Shown piece by piece: positions 1-9,815 of a DNA stretch of 50,672 nt (positions are counted from its first letter, which is position 1; the number at the start of each line of letters is the position of its first letter). A model generated the notes under the pieces. That model was not told where the DNA came from, searched no databases, and saw nothing but the letters and a program-made list of their open reading frames with translations. Source of the DNA: a virus (lineage: Duplodnaviria; Caudoviricetes). A program made the translations under genes and the position numbers. The stretch lies in the IMG/VR virus record IMGVR_UViG_3300028364_000048, positions 1 to 50,672 of that record. The stretch is one strand, 5' to 3'.

Positions 1-2098
1 GCTGATGAATGGGATCGGCGGGGCATCGGACGCATTGGCTGATTTTGTAATGCGCGGGATGCGCGGGTTTGAAGATCTCAAGGACTCAGTGATAAACAGC
101 TTCAAGTCCATGCTGTCGCAGATGATATCAATGGCGGCCCGCAACAAGATCATGCTGTCCATCGGCGGGTCTGCCTCGCCTGTCTCAGCGGGCGGTATGC
201 CGGGCGGAGGCATGATGGGCAGCCTGATGGGGTCGTTCGGTGGCGGAGGCGGCATAGCGGGTCTCGCAGGCGGTGCAGGCTTCCTGGGCGGCGCTGGCAA
301 CGTGATTGGTGGCCTGGCGTCCGGCGGCCTGGCTGGCGGCGGAGCGGCAATCAGTTCAGCCGTAGGCGGCGCAAGCATGGCGGCAGGCGTAGGTAGCTTT
401 GCGATGGCGGCTGGTGCTGTTGCGGTCCCCCTCGTTGCGGCTGCTGCTGCATTCAGCTTTTTGAGTTCCAAGACAAAAGAGTTGGACAGGGGCATCATGG
501 CGACTGTGACCGGCGCCGACACGCTGGTGCAGCAGTTCGATAAGGTTCGGAAAAGCCGATTCTGGGGACTGTCAAAACGGGTCAGATCGAGACTGAGCGA
601 TGCTGACGACGCGACCACCGACGCGATCACGAACACGGTCAATTCACTGCAAGCGGGGGTGCGGGCATCTGCGGAAGCACTGGGAATTTCGGCAGATGCG
701 TTTGACGATTTCAGCTACCGCCTTCGCATCAGCACCAAGGGGATGAGCGGCGAGGCGGCGCAGCAGGCTGTGCAAAACGCACTGGTAGGGATGGCAGACG
801 CGATGGCATCCATGGCACCCGGTATGAGCGCGTTCAGCGACGCAGGAAACGTCGATGCGCTTATTGCAGCGGCTGCACGGGAACGGGACGCTAGGAAAGC
901 TGCAATTAATGCCCCCATCATCGTAGGGACGGGCGAAACTTGGGGGCGAGGACCGTCCAGCAACAAGATCATGCGAATGGTAGAGGCAGACCGAAAGTTT
1001 GCAAATGCATCTGCTGAAATCCGCAGGGCTGCCACGGCTGGAAATGCGGAACTCCTGAGCCGATTTGCTCGGAGCCTTCTCACCGTAAATGCCTCAATGG
1101 AAACGCTTGGTTTGACAGTCCGCAGCGTTTCACTTGAGAGCGGCGCAGCGTCAGATGCATTTGCCGCGTTATTTGGCGGGCTGGAAAGGTTCACAGAAGT
1201 CAGCCAATTCTATTATGAGAACTTCTACAGTGATGCTGAACGTGTGGCGCGCGCGACTCAGTTGCTTTCGGCAGAATTGAAAAGATTTGGTGTAGACTCC
1301 ATACCAGCCACGCGCGAAGCATTTAGAGCAATAGTCGAGTGGAACGACGCTGCGGGGAAAAGTGGCGTCGTGGCTGGGCTTATGCAACTTGGGCCCGCAT
1401 TTATTGGAGTCAGAGACGGGATCGACGCGCTTGCAGCAGCGGCCAAAGACGCCGGCACGGTCCTTGACAGCCCAGCCACCAGAGAAGCAGCACGTATCGC
1501 GGCTGAGCGATTTGGAATCGAGACACAGCTTGCAAGGGTGCTGGGCAACACGCTAGAATTGCGCCGTCGCGAGTTGGAAGCGCTTGATCCCACCAACCGC
1601 GCACTGATGGAATATGTTCATTCAATGCAGGACGCAGAGTCCGTCACATCTGAGCGGCTTGGGCTGGAAAAGACCCTGCTCGCATTGCAGGGCAACACGA
1701 ACGAGCTGCGCCGTCGCGAACTGGAAGCGCTTGATCCAGCGAACCGCGCATTGCAGCAAATGATATGGGGCCTGGAGGAAGCAGCCAAAGCCATGGCCGA
1801 TCTCAATCCGGACCTTTTCGCAACGATGTTCGATTTTCAGCTCGCGCAGGCTGTCGCTGCAAATGGACCTGGCCCTGCCAACTCGACAAGCGCGCCGATG
1901 TCCGCACCATCATACACTGCACCGGTTGCCACCGATGGTGCAACCGTTATAGAACTGCGCGAAATGAATAGGCGGATGCAGCGTATGGAAGATGAGCAAC
2001 GCCAGTACCATCTGACCGACATGCGGCAGGGTAAGAAATCGTCGGACACGCTTCAGCGGTGGGAGGCGATCGGCCTACCGGTGGAGCGCACGTCATGA
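1..2098 (+). CDS. Tail tape measure protein, C-terminal part (5'-truncated by window edge)
   Basis: Long Ala/Gly-rich helical ORF open from the window start; its N-terminus begins at 50564, after the tail chaperones; two internal repeats of the type ER.G.E..L....GNT.ELRRRELEALDP.NRAL. Confidence 0.9.
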   Translation, partial: LMNGIGGASDALADFVMRGMRGFEDLKDSVINSFKSMLSQMISMAARNKIMLSIGGSASPVSAGGMPGGGMMGSLMGSFGGGGGIAGLAGGAGFLGGAGNVIGGLASGGLAGGGAAISSAVGGASMAAGVGSFAMAAGAVAVPLVAAAAAFSFLSSKTKELDRGIMATVTGADTLVQQFDKVRKSRFWGLSKRVRSRLSDADDATTDAITNTVNSLQAGVRASAEALGISADAFDDFSYRLRISTKGMSGEAAQQAVQNALVGMADAMASMAPGMSAFSDAGNVDALIAAAARERDARKAAINAPIIVGTGETWGRGPSSNKIMRMVEADRKFANASAEIRRAATAGNAELLSRFARSLLTVNASMETLGLTVRSVSLESGAASDAFAALFGGLERFTEVSQFYYENFYSDAERVARATQLLSAELKRFGVDSIPATREAFRAIVEWNDAAGKSGVVAGLMQLGPAFIGVRDGIDALAAAAKDAGTVLDSPATREAARIAAERFGIETQLARVLGNTLELRRRELEALDPTNRALMEYVHSMQDAESVTSERLGLEKTLLALQGNTNELRRRELEALDPANRALQQMIWGLEEAAKAMADLNPDLFATMFDFQLAQAVAANGPGPANSTSAPMSAPSYTAPVATDGATVIELREMNRRMQRMEDEQRQYHLTDMRQGKKSSDTLQRWEAIGLPVERTS

Positions 2099-3021
2099 AA
2101 GTAGTCCAGCCAATCACAATTAACGACAGCACCTTAACTGCCAGCAACCTGCCAGAAGCGGATCACGCCGAATGGAACAGCGCCACTGACTATGCTGTGG
2201 GGCAGCGTGTGATGATGGTCTCGACGCATTCAGTTTATGAGGCAGTGGCGATTAGCACAGACAGGACCCCTGGTCTCCCAGCCAATATATTCAGCGACCA
2301 AAACACCGGTGGCGTATGGCTGCGCGTGGGTGCGACAAACCGATGGAAGGCATTTGACCAAAGGATTACTGATCAGGTTACAAATTCCGAGACAATCTCA
2401 TACACATTGGTTACGCCCAAGCTGTCGGATGGGCTTGCACTGTTCAATCTGAAAGCAGTCAGTGTTGAAGTTGTTGTGAGAGATCTATCAAACTCTATCG
2501 TCTATGAAGAGACGCAGGATATTGTAGACAGTTCGAGCATCATTGATTGGTTCACATTCTTTACCTGGGATGGCGAGTTCCAGACAGAGGCTCTTTTTAC
2601 AGGCTTCCCTGCATACGCCGGGCACACTGTTCAGATCACAATATCTAATGGCCCAGGCGCTGTTGCTGCTGTGGGGCAAGTAGTGCTTGGTAGGTTGAGA
2701 GACCTCGGTGAGACGTTGGGAGGAACAGAAATCGGCATTCGTGACTTCTCCACAAAAGGGCGCGACACATTCGGTAATGTCACACTCGTTCAGCGAGCAT
2801 TTGCCCAGACAGTCAACTTCCAATTTAGTATGCCTGTTAAAGACGAACGTCGCGTCCAAAGGATTGTGTCTGAATTACGTGGCATCCCTGCGGTTTATTT
2901 TGCATCACTAGAAACGCTTGACCGTGGCACATTGATTTATGGATTTTATCCCGACTTCTCAATCCCGCTTTCTTCTGCAGGGGTTTCATTCGCAACGCTT
3001 GAAATCGAAGGTCTCATCTGA
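2095..3021 (+). CDS. Tail tip (distal-tail-like) protein with N-terminal small carbohydrate-binding-like module
   Basis: ATGA overlap with TMP stop; WNSATDYAVGQRV...VYEA resembles CBM5/12-like motif; directly follows TMP. Confidence 0.65.
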   Translation: MKVVQPITINDSTLTASNLPEADHAEWNSATDYAVGQRVMMVSTHSVYEAVAISTDRTPGLPANIFSDQNTGGVWLRVGATNRWKAFDQRITDQVTNSETISYTLVTPKLSDGLALFNLKAVSVEVVVRDLSNSIVYEETQDIVDSSSIIDWFTFFTWDGEFQTEALFTGFPAYAGHTVQITISNGPGAVAAVGQVVLGRLRDLGETLGGTEIGIRDFSTKGRDTFGNVTLVQRAFAQTVNFQFSMPVKDERRVQRIVSELRGIPAVYFASLETLDRGTLIYGFYPDFSIPLSSAGVSFATLEIEGLI

Positions 3022-4118
3022 TGCCATTCCCTCCCATATCTCCGATCCCTGCGCCTCCCACACTTTCCAACCCTGGAGAGTTCCCAGAGAAGGCGCAGAC
3101 ATTCCTCGCCGCATTCCCTGCAATGCGCACACAGTTCAACGCGGCGGGCGTCTATCTGGATGGTGGCCTGACTGATGTGGCTGCGAACGCAGTCAGCGCA
3201 GGCAACAGCGCAGGCGTCGCCACAACGCAGGCTGGCATCGCTACAACGCAGTCTGGCATCGCCACAGACAAAGCCGCTGTCGCCACAACTCAGGCCAACA
3301 CAGCAGTGGCATTCGCCACTGCTGTGGCACAAAACAGCGGCGTCTCGGGCCGAAACTTGATAATAAACGGGTCTGGCCGCATCAACCAGGGGGATTACGT
3401 CAGCGGCACAGCCGCAGGTTCTGTAAACCAGTTCGCGCTTGACCAGTGGTTTATTCGCCTTCCTAATCAAAGTTTGACATTCCCCGGCACACCCGGCAGC
3501 GTCTTTAACGCAGCCCGCATGATGACCGCCCCTAGCCTTGGCGTGGGGCAGGTGGTCGAAGGCTTGAACATTATTGGTGGGACTTATATTCTTAATTGGG
3601 CCGGCACTGCCACCGGATTTGTTAACAATATTGGGCGCGCTAAAGGTCAACCGTTTACGCTGCCCGCTGGCGTCGACGCGAATATCTCACTTCTCAACGG
3701 CACTTTCACTGATGTGCAGCTTGAACTTGCCACAGTTGGATCATCCGGCTTTAGTGTCAATTCCGGCAATGGCCAGATATCAATCGTTGCAGGTAATCCT
3801 GTCCCAACTGCGTTTGAGCGGATCGATATCGGGTTGGAGTTGGTTAAGTGCAAAAGATATTTCCAGCAAGGTCAAATCGATCGGGAGTGGAGACCAAGCA
3901 GCGCAAGCGAAGTAGATCGGATGACCTATTTGCTTCCTGTAGAAATGCGAACAGATTTCATCCTAGGAACTAATTTCCTTTTCACCAATAACGTTCTTTC
4001 CGGGTCGGTCGAGGGGTATAGCAGGATAGCGATCAAACACAGAATAACCGGAAATGCCGCTTCGCAAAGCGTGCGCAGCATAGTGAACTGGACAGCAAGT
4101 GCGAGGCAAACACCATGA
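3021..4118 (+). CDS. Tail fiber / receptor-binding protein
   Basis: N-terminal ATTQAGI-type heptad repeats; RNLIING and ELVKCKRYFQ motifs typical of phage tail fibre modules. Confidence 0.7.
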   Translation: MPFPPISPIPAPPTLSNPGEFPEKAQTFLAAFPAMRTQFNAAGVYLDGGLTDVAANAVSAGNSAGVATTQAGIATTQSGIATDKAAVATTQANTAVAFATAVAQNSGVSGRNLIINGSGRINQGDYVSGTAAGSVNQFALDQWFIRLPNQSLTFPGTPGSVFNAARMMTAPSLGVGQVVEGLNIIGGTYILNWAGTATGFVNNIGRAKGQPFTLPAGVDANISLLNGTFTDVQLELATVGSSGFSVNSGNGQISIVAGNPVPTAFERIDIGLELVKCKRYFQQGQIDREWRPSSASEVDRMTYLLPVEMRTDFILGTNFLFTNNVLSGSVEGYSRIAIKHRITGNAASQSVRSIVNWTASARQTP

Positions 4119-4132
4119 TCGAGGAAAACTAG

Positions 4133-4483
4133 ATGGAGCTGATCTTGGCAATAGCGCTCAGCCACCACATCGGCATGGAGGGAGACTACAACGAAATCCA
4201 TCCGCACGTTCAGCTGCAATTGGACAGCGGGTTTGTTGCGGGCGCTTTTCTAAACAGCGAAAGCAACGTGTCACCATATCTGGGTTGGCGGTTTGAGTAC
4301 GATGCCGCGTTCATGGAGTTGGGCGCAGTTGCTGGATATGCTGCCATCACCGTCGCGCCGTATGTTCGGGTCGGTTACGAAATCAAACAGGGTGTGGATT
4401 TATTTCTGGCACCAGTGATGGAATTTAATGACGACGACGAAGTAAATGTCGGCGCTGTCATTGGACTATCGGTAAGGATGTAA
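4133..4483 (+). CDS. Putative small exported beta-barrel-like protein
   Basis: Hydrophobic N-terminus; alternating aromatic/Gly amphipathic strands (GFVAGAFLNSESNVSPYLGWRFEY, GAVAGY, PYVRVGY); GAGG RBS. Confidence 0.45.
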   Translation: MELILAIALSHHIGMEGDYNEIHPHVQLQLDSGFVAGAFLNSESNVSPYLGWRFEYDAAFMELGAVAGYAAITVAPYVRVGYEIKQGVDLFLAPVMEFNDDDEVNVGAVIGLSVRM

Positions 4484-4484
4484 A

Positions 4485-4826
4485 ATGGTCAATGGCCCAA
4501 GAATAACAAATGATGACCGTGGGATTACGATCAATAAGAGTTTGTTTATGTTGATATTGGTTCCGCTTGTAACTCTTATCTTTTGGTTCGGGACAAGCAC
4601 ATCAACTAGTAAAGGGCAGATCACGGTCTTGCAGGAAAGGCAGGTTGAGGACCGGGAGTTAATTAGGGATAATCAGCTCCAAATCAATATACTGCGCATG
4701 TCAAACGCGCGGATCGACCAGCGGCTTATGAACATCGAGCAATCACAAACGCGGCAGGAAGAAGTTATGGCCGAAATCCTGCAATACTTGAGAAACCCGG
4801 ACAAAAGATTGGTGCCCTCGCCATGA
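4485..4826 (+). CDS. Single-TM membrane protein with coiled coil (holin/antiholin-like)
   Basis: One hydrophobic segment LFMLILVPLVTLIFWFG then coiled coil; immediately upstream of endolysin. Confidence 0.5.
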   Translation: MVNGPRITNDDRGITINKSLFMLILVPLVTLIFWFGTSTSTSKGQITVLQERQVEDRELIRDNQLQINILRMSNARIDQRLMNIEQSQTRQEEVMAEILQYLRNPDKRLVPSP

Positions 4827-5440
4827 ACCGTATCATAATTCACTGGACAGCCGGGGTGAACAAGGCCACCGCAACCGACAAGCGACACTACCACATAATT
4901 GTCGAAGGCGATGGCAACATCGTGGCGGGCAATCATCCGGTTTCAGCCAATGACCCGATCCGCTCCCCGAACGATGGCAGCACATATGCCGCGCACACAC
5001 GGGGAGCGAATACCAAAGCCATTGGTGTCGCCATGGCCGGGATGCGTGGCGCGAAGGAACGGCCATTCGACCACGGGCTGTCGCCGATCACAAGTGTCCA
5101 GGTTGCAGCGCTTGTTGCCGAAGTGGCCAGACTGTGCCGCCTCCACGGCATCCCCGTGACGCGCGAAAACGTCCTGACCCATGCCGAGGTGCAGTCAACG
5201 CTCGGCATTGCTCAGCGCGCCAAGTGGGACGTGAAGTGGTTGCCGGGAATGCCGACGGCGGTTGACGCGCATGAAATCGGAGACCATCTGCGCGAGCGTG
5301 TGGCTACGGCGATTAATCACACACCGCGACCCATGGCACCTGATATTCCAACACCCGCACCAGCATCTGGTTTCTGGGCCCGGTTCACCTCCGCAATCAA
5401 GCGGTTTTCAAAAAGGATAGCGCGATGTTTCTCGCAGTAA
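4823..5440 (+). CDS. Endolysin, N-acetylmuramoyl-L-alanine amidase (Amidase_2-like)
   Basis: IIIHWTAG, YHIIV..DG, AHTRGAN..AIGV and VLTHAEV zinc-amidase motifs. Confidence 0.9.
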   Translation: MNRIIIHWTAGVNKATATDKRHYHIIVEGDGNIVAGNHPVSANDPIRSPNDGSTYAAHTRGANTKAIGVAMAGMRGAKERPFDHGLSPITSVQVAALVAEVARLCRLHGIPVTRENVLTHAEVQSTLGIAQRAKWDVKWLPGMPTAVDAHEIGDHLRERVATAINHTPRPMAPDIPTPAPASGFWARFTSAIKRFSKRIARCFSQ

Positions 5441-5622
5441 GGATGATGATCTACGTCTTGGCGGTGCCCGCAGCGGCAATGCTGGGCGGCTCGTTTGATC
5501 CCGAGACTGGCAATCTATGCCTCAATGTTGATACCGCCATGTCCCTGATCGGCGGCGGAGCTGTGGCTGCGACCACATTCGCATCTTCGCGCTGGACCAA
5601 GCGTCGTGGCGGCGCAACGTGA
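5425..5622 (+). CDS. Putative holin
   Basis: 65 aa, two hydrophobic segments and basic C-terminus (WTKRRGG); lies between endolysin and spanins. Confidence 0.6.
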   Translation: MFLAVRMMIYVLAVPAAAMLGGSFDPETGNLCLNVDTAMSLIGGGAVAATTFASSRWTKRRGGAT

Positions 5623-5888
5623 TCTGGACCGCCATCCTTTCCAGCAAGCCCGTACGATGGCTAATTGGGGCCGCGCTGGCGGTCTTGGCGTTTCTGGGCA
5701 TCATTGTAAGCCAACGACGTGATGCGGCTCAGGACACCCGTGCAGAGGCGGAAAACACCCACACGCGCGAATATGCAACGAAGCGAAAGGAGCTCGACAA
5801 TGAGGATCTTGGTATTGGTGCCAGTGATGCTGATCGGATTGAGCGGCTGCATGACATCGCAGACCGGCGGAGCGGCGGCGGTGATTGA
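5619..5888 (+). CDS. Inner-membrane spanin (Rz-like)
   Basis: N-terminal TM helix followed by helical periplasmic region; overlaps a lipoprotein ORF. Confidence 0.65.
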   Translation: MIWTAILSSKPVRWLIGAALAVLAFLGIIVSQRRDAAQDTRAEAENTHTREYATKRKELDNEDLGIGASDADRIERLHDIADRRSGGGD

Positions 5889-6000
5889 CGCCAGCGCGCC
5901 TTTTGTCGGGCCGTGTGCAGGCGCGCTCGCTGGTGAGAGTATGCCCACTGCCCGCGAGCGGTGCCTACCGCTCCTGGTGATCCTGGACGGTGCAACGTGA
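5800..6000 (+). CDS. Outer-membrane spanin lipoprotein (Rz1-like)
   Basis: AAAGGAG RBS, then MRILVLVPVMLIGLSGC with LSGC lipobox; starts inside the i-spanin gene in another frame. Confidence 0.75.
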   Translation: MRILVLVPVMLIGLSGCMTSQTGGAAAVIDASAPFVGPCAGALAGESMPTARERCLPLLVILDGAT

Positions 6001-6050
6001 CCCGCGCTCAAAATTCGTGTATATCACGCAGCAACACATAAGGAAAAACC

Positions 6051-9000
6051 ATGAGCGGCTATCTTTTATTCCACGTCCCTACAGAAACGTGCACAATCGT
6101 CACAGGGTCTCTGCCACTTGCGGTCAATGCGCCTCAAGGGGGAGGGACATACCGTGTCTACGAGCTTGGCCTTCCGTTTGACATAGTTGTTGCTGCCACG
6201 GTCACGGCACCTAGCACAATGGCAGCCCCAACGCTGACCGGCGGCGAGACGCAGATCACGATCGCCCCGCCTTCCGCACCAAATCTGAACGGTGGAACGC
6301 TTCTGACGGACGGCTACCGGTTCCTGGTCTACAGCGCTGCGGACGCGCTGCTTGCCACGGTTGATCGTGGCAATCTTGCGGAGTTTAATGTGACGGGCCT
6401 GAGCGCGCAGACCGGCGTTTATGCGACCGTCTTCGCGCGCACCAACAATGGTAATGGCGCGGCCAGCGCGGCCTCAAATACTGTGGCGGTTACAGCCGCA
6501 GAAACAGCAACGGCACCGGACGCATTCCTGACCAACGGATGGGCGCTAACGGATAAGCCGAGCGCAGACGGCGACACCCTGACGCTGACGATCAGTGCGC
6601 TGCCCGTTGACAACGGCGGGGCGGCGATCACTTCGATCCAGTATCGGATCGGCACAGGCGCGGCTGTGACTCTCGCAAGCGGTGCTGCAACCGGCGCGCG
6701 CGATATCACAGTGCTTGCCGACACGGAAGCGAGCATCGAGGTACGGGCGGTCAATTCGGTTGGCGCAGGTCCGTGGTCCGCTGCGAAAACGGCCACGCCT
6801 ACGGTCGTTACAGCATCCCTGGCAGGATCACTGCGCTTCCCAGACACGAACGGCCACACGGCGGCGACCAATCTGGTGCTGCGCCAAAGCACCACGAACA
6901 TGCCCGCACCTCTGGCTGCCGATACTGCGTTCTTCGGCATCATTGAACTTCCCAGCGTCGTCCGGAACGAGGAAGAAATCTACACCATCCTGGGCGACGG
7001 GTTTGGTGGCGATGAGTTCACGATTGCTGTCTATGGGCGCGGCCCAAACCTCGGGGAGCGTAGGAACACGGTAACCTGCTTTGCGAATGACACCATTGTT
7101 TCGAGCGTCCTTCCCACCACACTCGAACGGTTCCTTTTGGTCGCTGAGCGGCAAGCGAACAATGTCCGCGTCGGGGTCTATCCGTGCGACGGCAGCACAT
7201 CGCTTCCCGGAACGTTCAAGTCGGCTGTTTCGGGCACAACAGGAGCCTATGCGTGGACCGGCACGGAGTTCCGCATCGGTGACTTCGGCAGCGACGGCAC
7301 CGCACCGGCAGCTACATTTTTGCCCGTCAGCAAACAACGCCGCTTTCCCGGTGAGATTGCACTGCTTGGCTACGTTGACGGCACAGCGACGCAGGCGAAC
7401 TGGGAAAGTATTGCAGCCGGTGCTGACCCGATCACGGTGCTGGGGGCCGCAAATCTGCCTTGGTATCGCCGGTTTGACGGTACCACGGAAACACTTGACC
7501 ACCCGAGTGCTGCCACAGCTGACAGCACCAGCGCGGCCACAGTGTTCGGCACGATGCTGAAAGGCGGGCACATCGTTGCGCAGTCCGAGGCCAAGAGCCT
7601 TCTTGTCAATCCTCTGCCATTGCCCGGACAGGTCTATGGCGTCAAAAAAGCTGTGAACTGGGCCAGCGCTCAGGTTCCGCTTTCCGGCACCGCAGCCGGG
7701 CGCAATGGCGAGACGATAGAAGCGCGCATCCTGTACGAGGGCACCAACAATCTTCTGCTTGACTGGACCGTGGTCGGAAACGTCGCAAGCGGCGCGTGGA
7801 CTGGAACAGTGACCTGCCCCCGGTCCGCGAATGGCTGGTGCTATGTCGAGGTCCGGTCACAGTCTGAGCCAGCCGCAGTTGCAACGCGGATGCAGCCCTT
7901 TGCCGCCGGTTACAAGCTGGTGATGCTGGGGCAGTCGCAAGTGACGATTGCGATGAACGGAACGGGTTTTGGATCCACCGTTACGACACCCCTGAAACTC
8001 ACATACGCCAGTGTTCTCGAAAATGCTCCCGGCGTAAGTCCACTCAAAGCGGGTCGAGTTGGCGGCGATTATGTGTCGGACGCGCTCGCGGAACTGAGCA
8101 ACACGCTCGGTTTGTATTCTAACGACACGCCCATCATGGTTATCCGAGAGTCCGTGAATGGCACCAGGGTCGATCAGTTCCTTGACGACGGGCAAGCTGG
8201 TCGGACATTCGATACCATCGTTGCGTCTGTTGCTGCAGTGGGCGGGGACGTTTCTATTGTGCTTCACCAGTGGGGCACGTCAGATGCTGGGGAGCCTGAC
8301 TATGGAGACCTGCACGATGAACTGAACGCAGCAACGCCGGTTGCACCGATTGACCACAGCCTGCCGCAGGCTTTGGATGCAGGATACGAATATCTGGTCA
8401 TGCCACTGTCCCGGCACAGCAACAACTACATGAACAACATCCGACAAACGTCGATCGCATGGGCGCAGGCGAACAGTAATCCATTCGGGCCGTGGTTTTC
8501 GGACGTTACGATTGACGAAGGTGGCGGGACCACTGGTGCGCACCAAAACATCAGCGTTCTGATGGGGAACCCAAACTGGGGCGCAAAAGCAGGGATCGGC
8601 GTTGCCCGCGCAGTTGGCATTGACACATCGACCAACCCCTACTTCGCGCAAGGTGTGGAATTGTCATCTGATCGGACGAAGATCACAGTCACGCCTGTAT
8701 TGCCGAATGGCGGAACGCTCTATTCGCCCGCGCCCACAAACCTGTCGCAATTCTTTGTTTCTGAGAACGGTGGGAGCAGCTACGCCACGGATGGGTTTAT
8801 TGCGGCAATCGCCGACGGCAAAGTTGAGATCACGAAGGACAGCGCCGGAACTTTCGCAACTGGGTCCATGGTCAGTGTGCGTTCTGACAACCGGAACTTC
8901 GAAAGCGGCGTGTGGTCAGAGGCGGATATTACCGCTGGTGTTCTTTATGAGAGCTACGACAAAGACCGGATGAACCGTGGTCTGATGATTATGGGCGGGC

Positions 9001-9764
9001 GTGACTCTGACGGTAACTACATCACAAACTACGTCTCCGATGCAGCGACCTTGCAGGGTGCAGCAGTTCCGGGCAGTTCGCTCCCAACTGGGGTAACATA
9101 CAAAGGCTCATTCAACTCTGTATCGACCCCGTACACTGTGTCGGCAACTTCACAGAACACATCAAACCCGGTTTCGTGGATAACACCGGCGGATGGCACG
9201 ATAGCTTGGGTTTCAGTACTGATGCAGGACAGAAAGGATGGAAACCCACTTCCACCATCGCCTGCAATACTTGAAACTCGAAACGGGATCTCCGGTACGC
9301 CGACCAACATGACGCTGTTTGGCTCGGACGGCAACGTATTCATTAACGGCCCCGGGACAGCCAGAGCGATCATGGCAATGCAGTACCAAACACCCGCCTC
9401 CGGTGCTGGGCTTATGCGCAGTGGTTTTGGGTCAGCGTCTTACTGGAACCTGAGCCATTGGGAAGTTGACCCGGCTGTGTTTGACTTGACGGCAACGCAA
9501 TCAGTCGAGGCAGTGAACGCTGGAGTCGCATCGACAAGCGTCGAAATCGCAAATGTGCCAGCAGGGTCGGTCCTGTTCGCAGCGGCCTACAACAGGGATG
9601 GGACGCCAATCACCTTCAATGGGGGAACCGTGAACCACATGGACACGAGAACCTACGGGAGTTCTGCCCGCAGAGTTTCGGTCATGTCGGGCACAGCGTC
9701 TGGCAACCTGACTGTTACGGCCACGGCTGAGATGCTTTTGGTCGGGATCATTCCGCCGAATTAG
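6051..9764 (+). CDS. Giant virion-associated protein: FN3-like repeats, lectin-like region, SGNH/sialate O-acetylesterase-like domain
   Basis: FN3 signatures (EVRAVNSVGAGPWS); LVMLGQSQ, HQWGTSDA and GAHQ resemble SGNH/SASA esterase blocks; AAGGA RBS. Confidence 0.65.
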   Translation: MSGYLLFHVPTETCTIVTGSLPLAVNAPQGGGTYRVYELGLPFDIVVAATVTAPSTMAAPTLTGGETQITIAPPSAPNLNGGTLLTDGYRFLVYSAADALLATVDRGNLAEFNVTGLSAQTGVYATVFARTNNGNGAASAASNTVAVTAAETATAPDAFLTNGWALTDKPSADGDTLTLTISALPVDNGGAAITSIQYRIGTGAAVTLASGAATGARDITVLADTEASIEVRAVNSVGAGPWSAAKTATPTVVTASLAGSLRFPDTNGHTAATNLVLRQSTTNMPAPLAADTAFFGIIELPSVVRNEEEIYTILGDGFGGDEFTIAVYGRGPNLGERRNTVTCFANDTIVSSVLPTTLERFLLVAERQANNVRVGVYPCDGSTSLPGTFKSAVSGTTGAYAWTGTEFRIGDFGSDGTAPAATFLPVSKQRRFPGEIALLGYVDGTATQANWESIAAGADPITVLGAANLPWYRRFDGTTETLDHPSAATADSTSAATVFGTMLKGGHIVAQSEAKSLLVNPLPLPGQVYGVKKAVNWASAQVPLSGTAAGRNGETIEARILYEGTNNLLLDWTVVGNVASGAWTGTVTCPRSANGWCYVEVRSQSEPAAVATRMQPFAAGYKLVMLGQSQVTIAMNGTGFGSTVTTPLKLTYASVLENAPGVSPLKAGRVGGDYVSDALAELSNTLGLYSNDTPIMVIRESVNGTRVDQFLDDGQAGRTFDTIVASVAAVGGDVSIVLHQWGTSDAGEPDYGDLHDELNAATPVAPIDHSLPQALDAGYEYLVMPLSRHSNNYMNNIRQTSIAWAQANSNPFGPWFSDVTIDEGGGTTGAHQNISVLMGNPNWGAKAGIGVARAVGIDTSTNPYFAQGVELSSDRTKITVTPVLPNGGTLYSPAPTNLSQFFVSENGGSSYATDGFIAAIADGKVEITKDSAGTFATGSMVSVRSDNRNFESGVWSEADITAGVLYESYDKDRMNRGLMIMGGRDSDGNYITNYVSDAATLQGAAVPGSSLPTGVTYKGSFNSVSTPYTVSATSQNTSNPVSWITPADGTIAWVSVLMQDRKDGNPLPPSPAILETRNGISGTPTNMTLFGSDGNVFINGPGTARAIMAMQYQTPASGAGLMRSGFGSASYWNLSHWEVDPAVFDLTATQSVEAVNAGVASTSVEIANVPAGSVLFAAAYNRDGTPITFNGGTVNHMDTRTYGSSARRVSVMSGTASGNLTVTATAEMLLVGIIPPN

Positions 9765-9815
9765 CTCACTACACCAGTTAACTCTGATGAACAACTAGCT
9801 TCGGCGATTACAACA

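Noticed and set aside
3021-4118. Diversity-generating retroelement target
   Set aside because: No reverse transcriptase and no template/variable repeat pair noticed.
9762-9764. Genome-wide TAG reassignment (alternative genetic code)
   Set aside because: Ligase (17209), dCMP deaminase (26727), primase (32980) and chaperone (50201) end normally at TAG, core genes are not fragmented, and no suppressor tRNA is visible.
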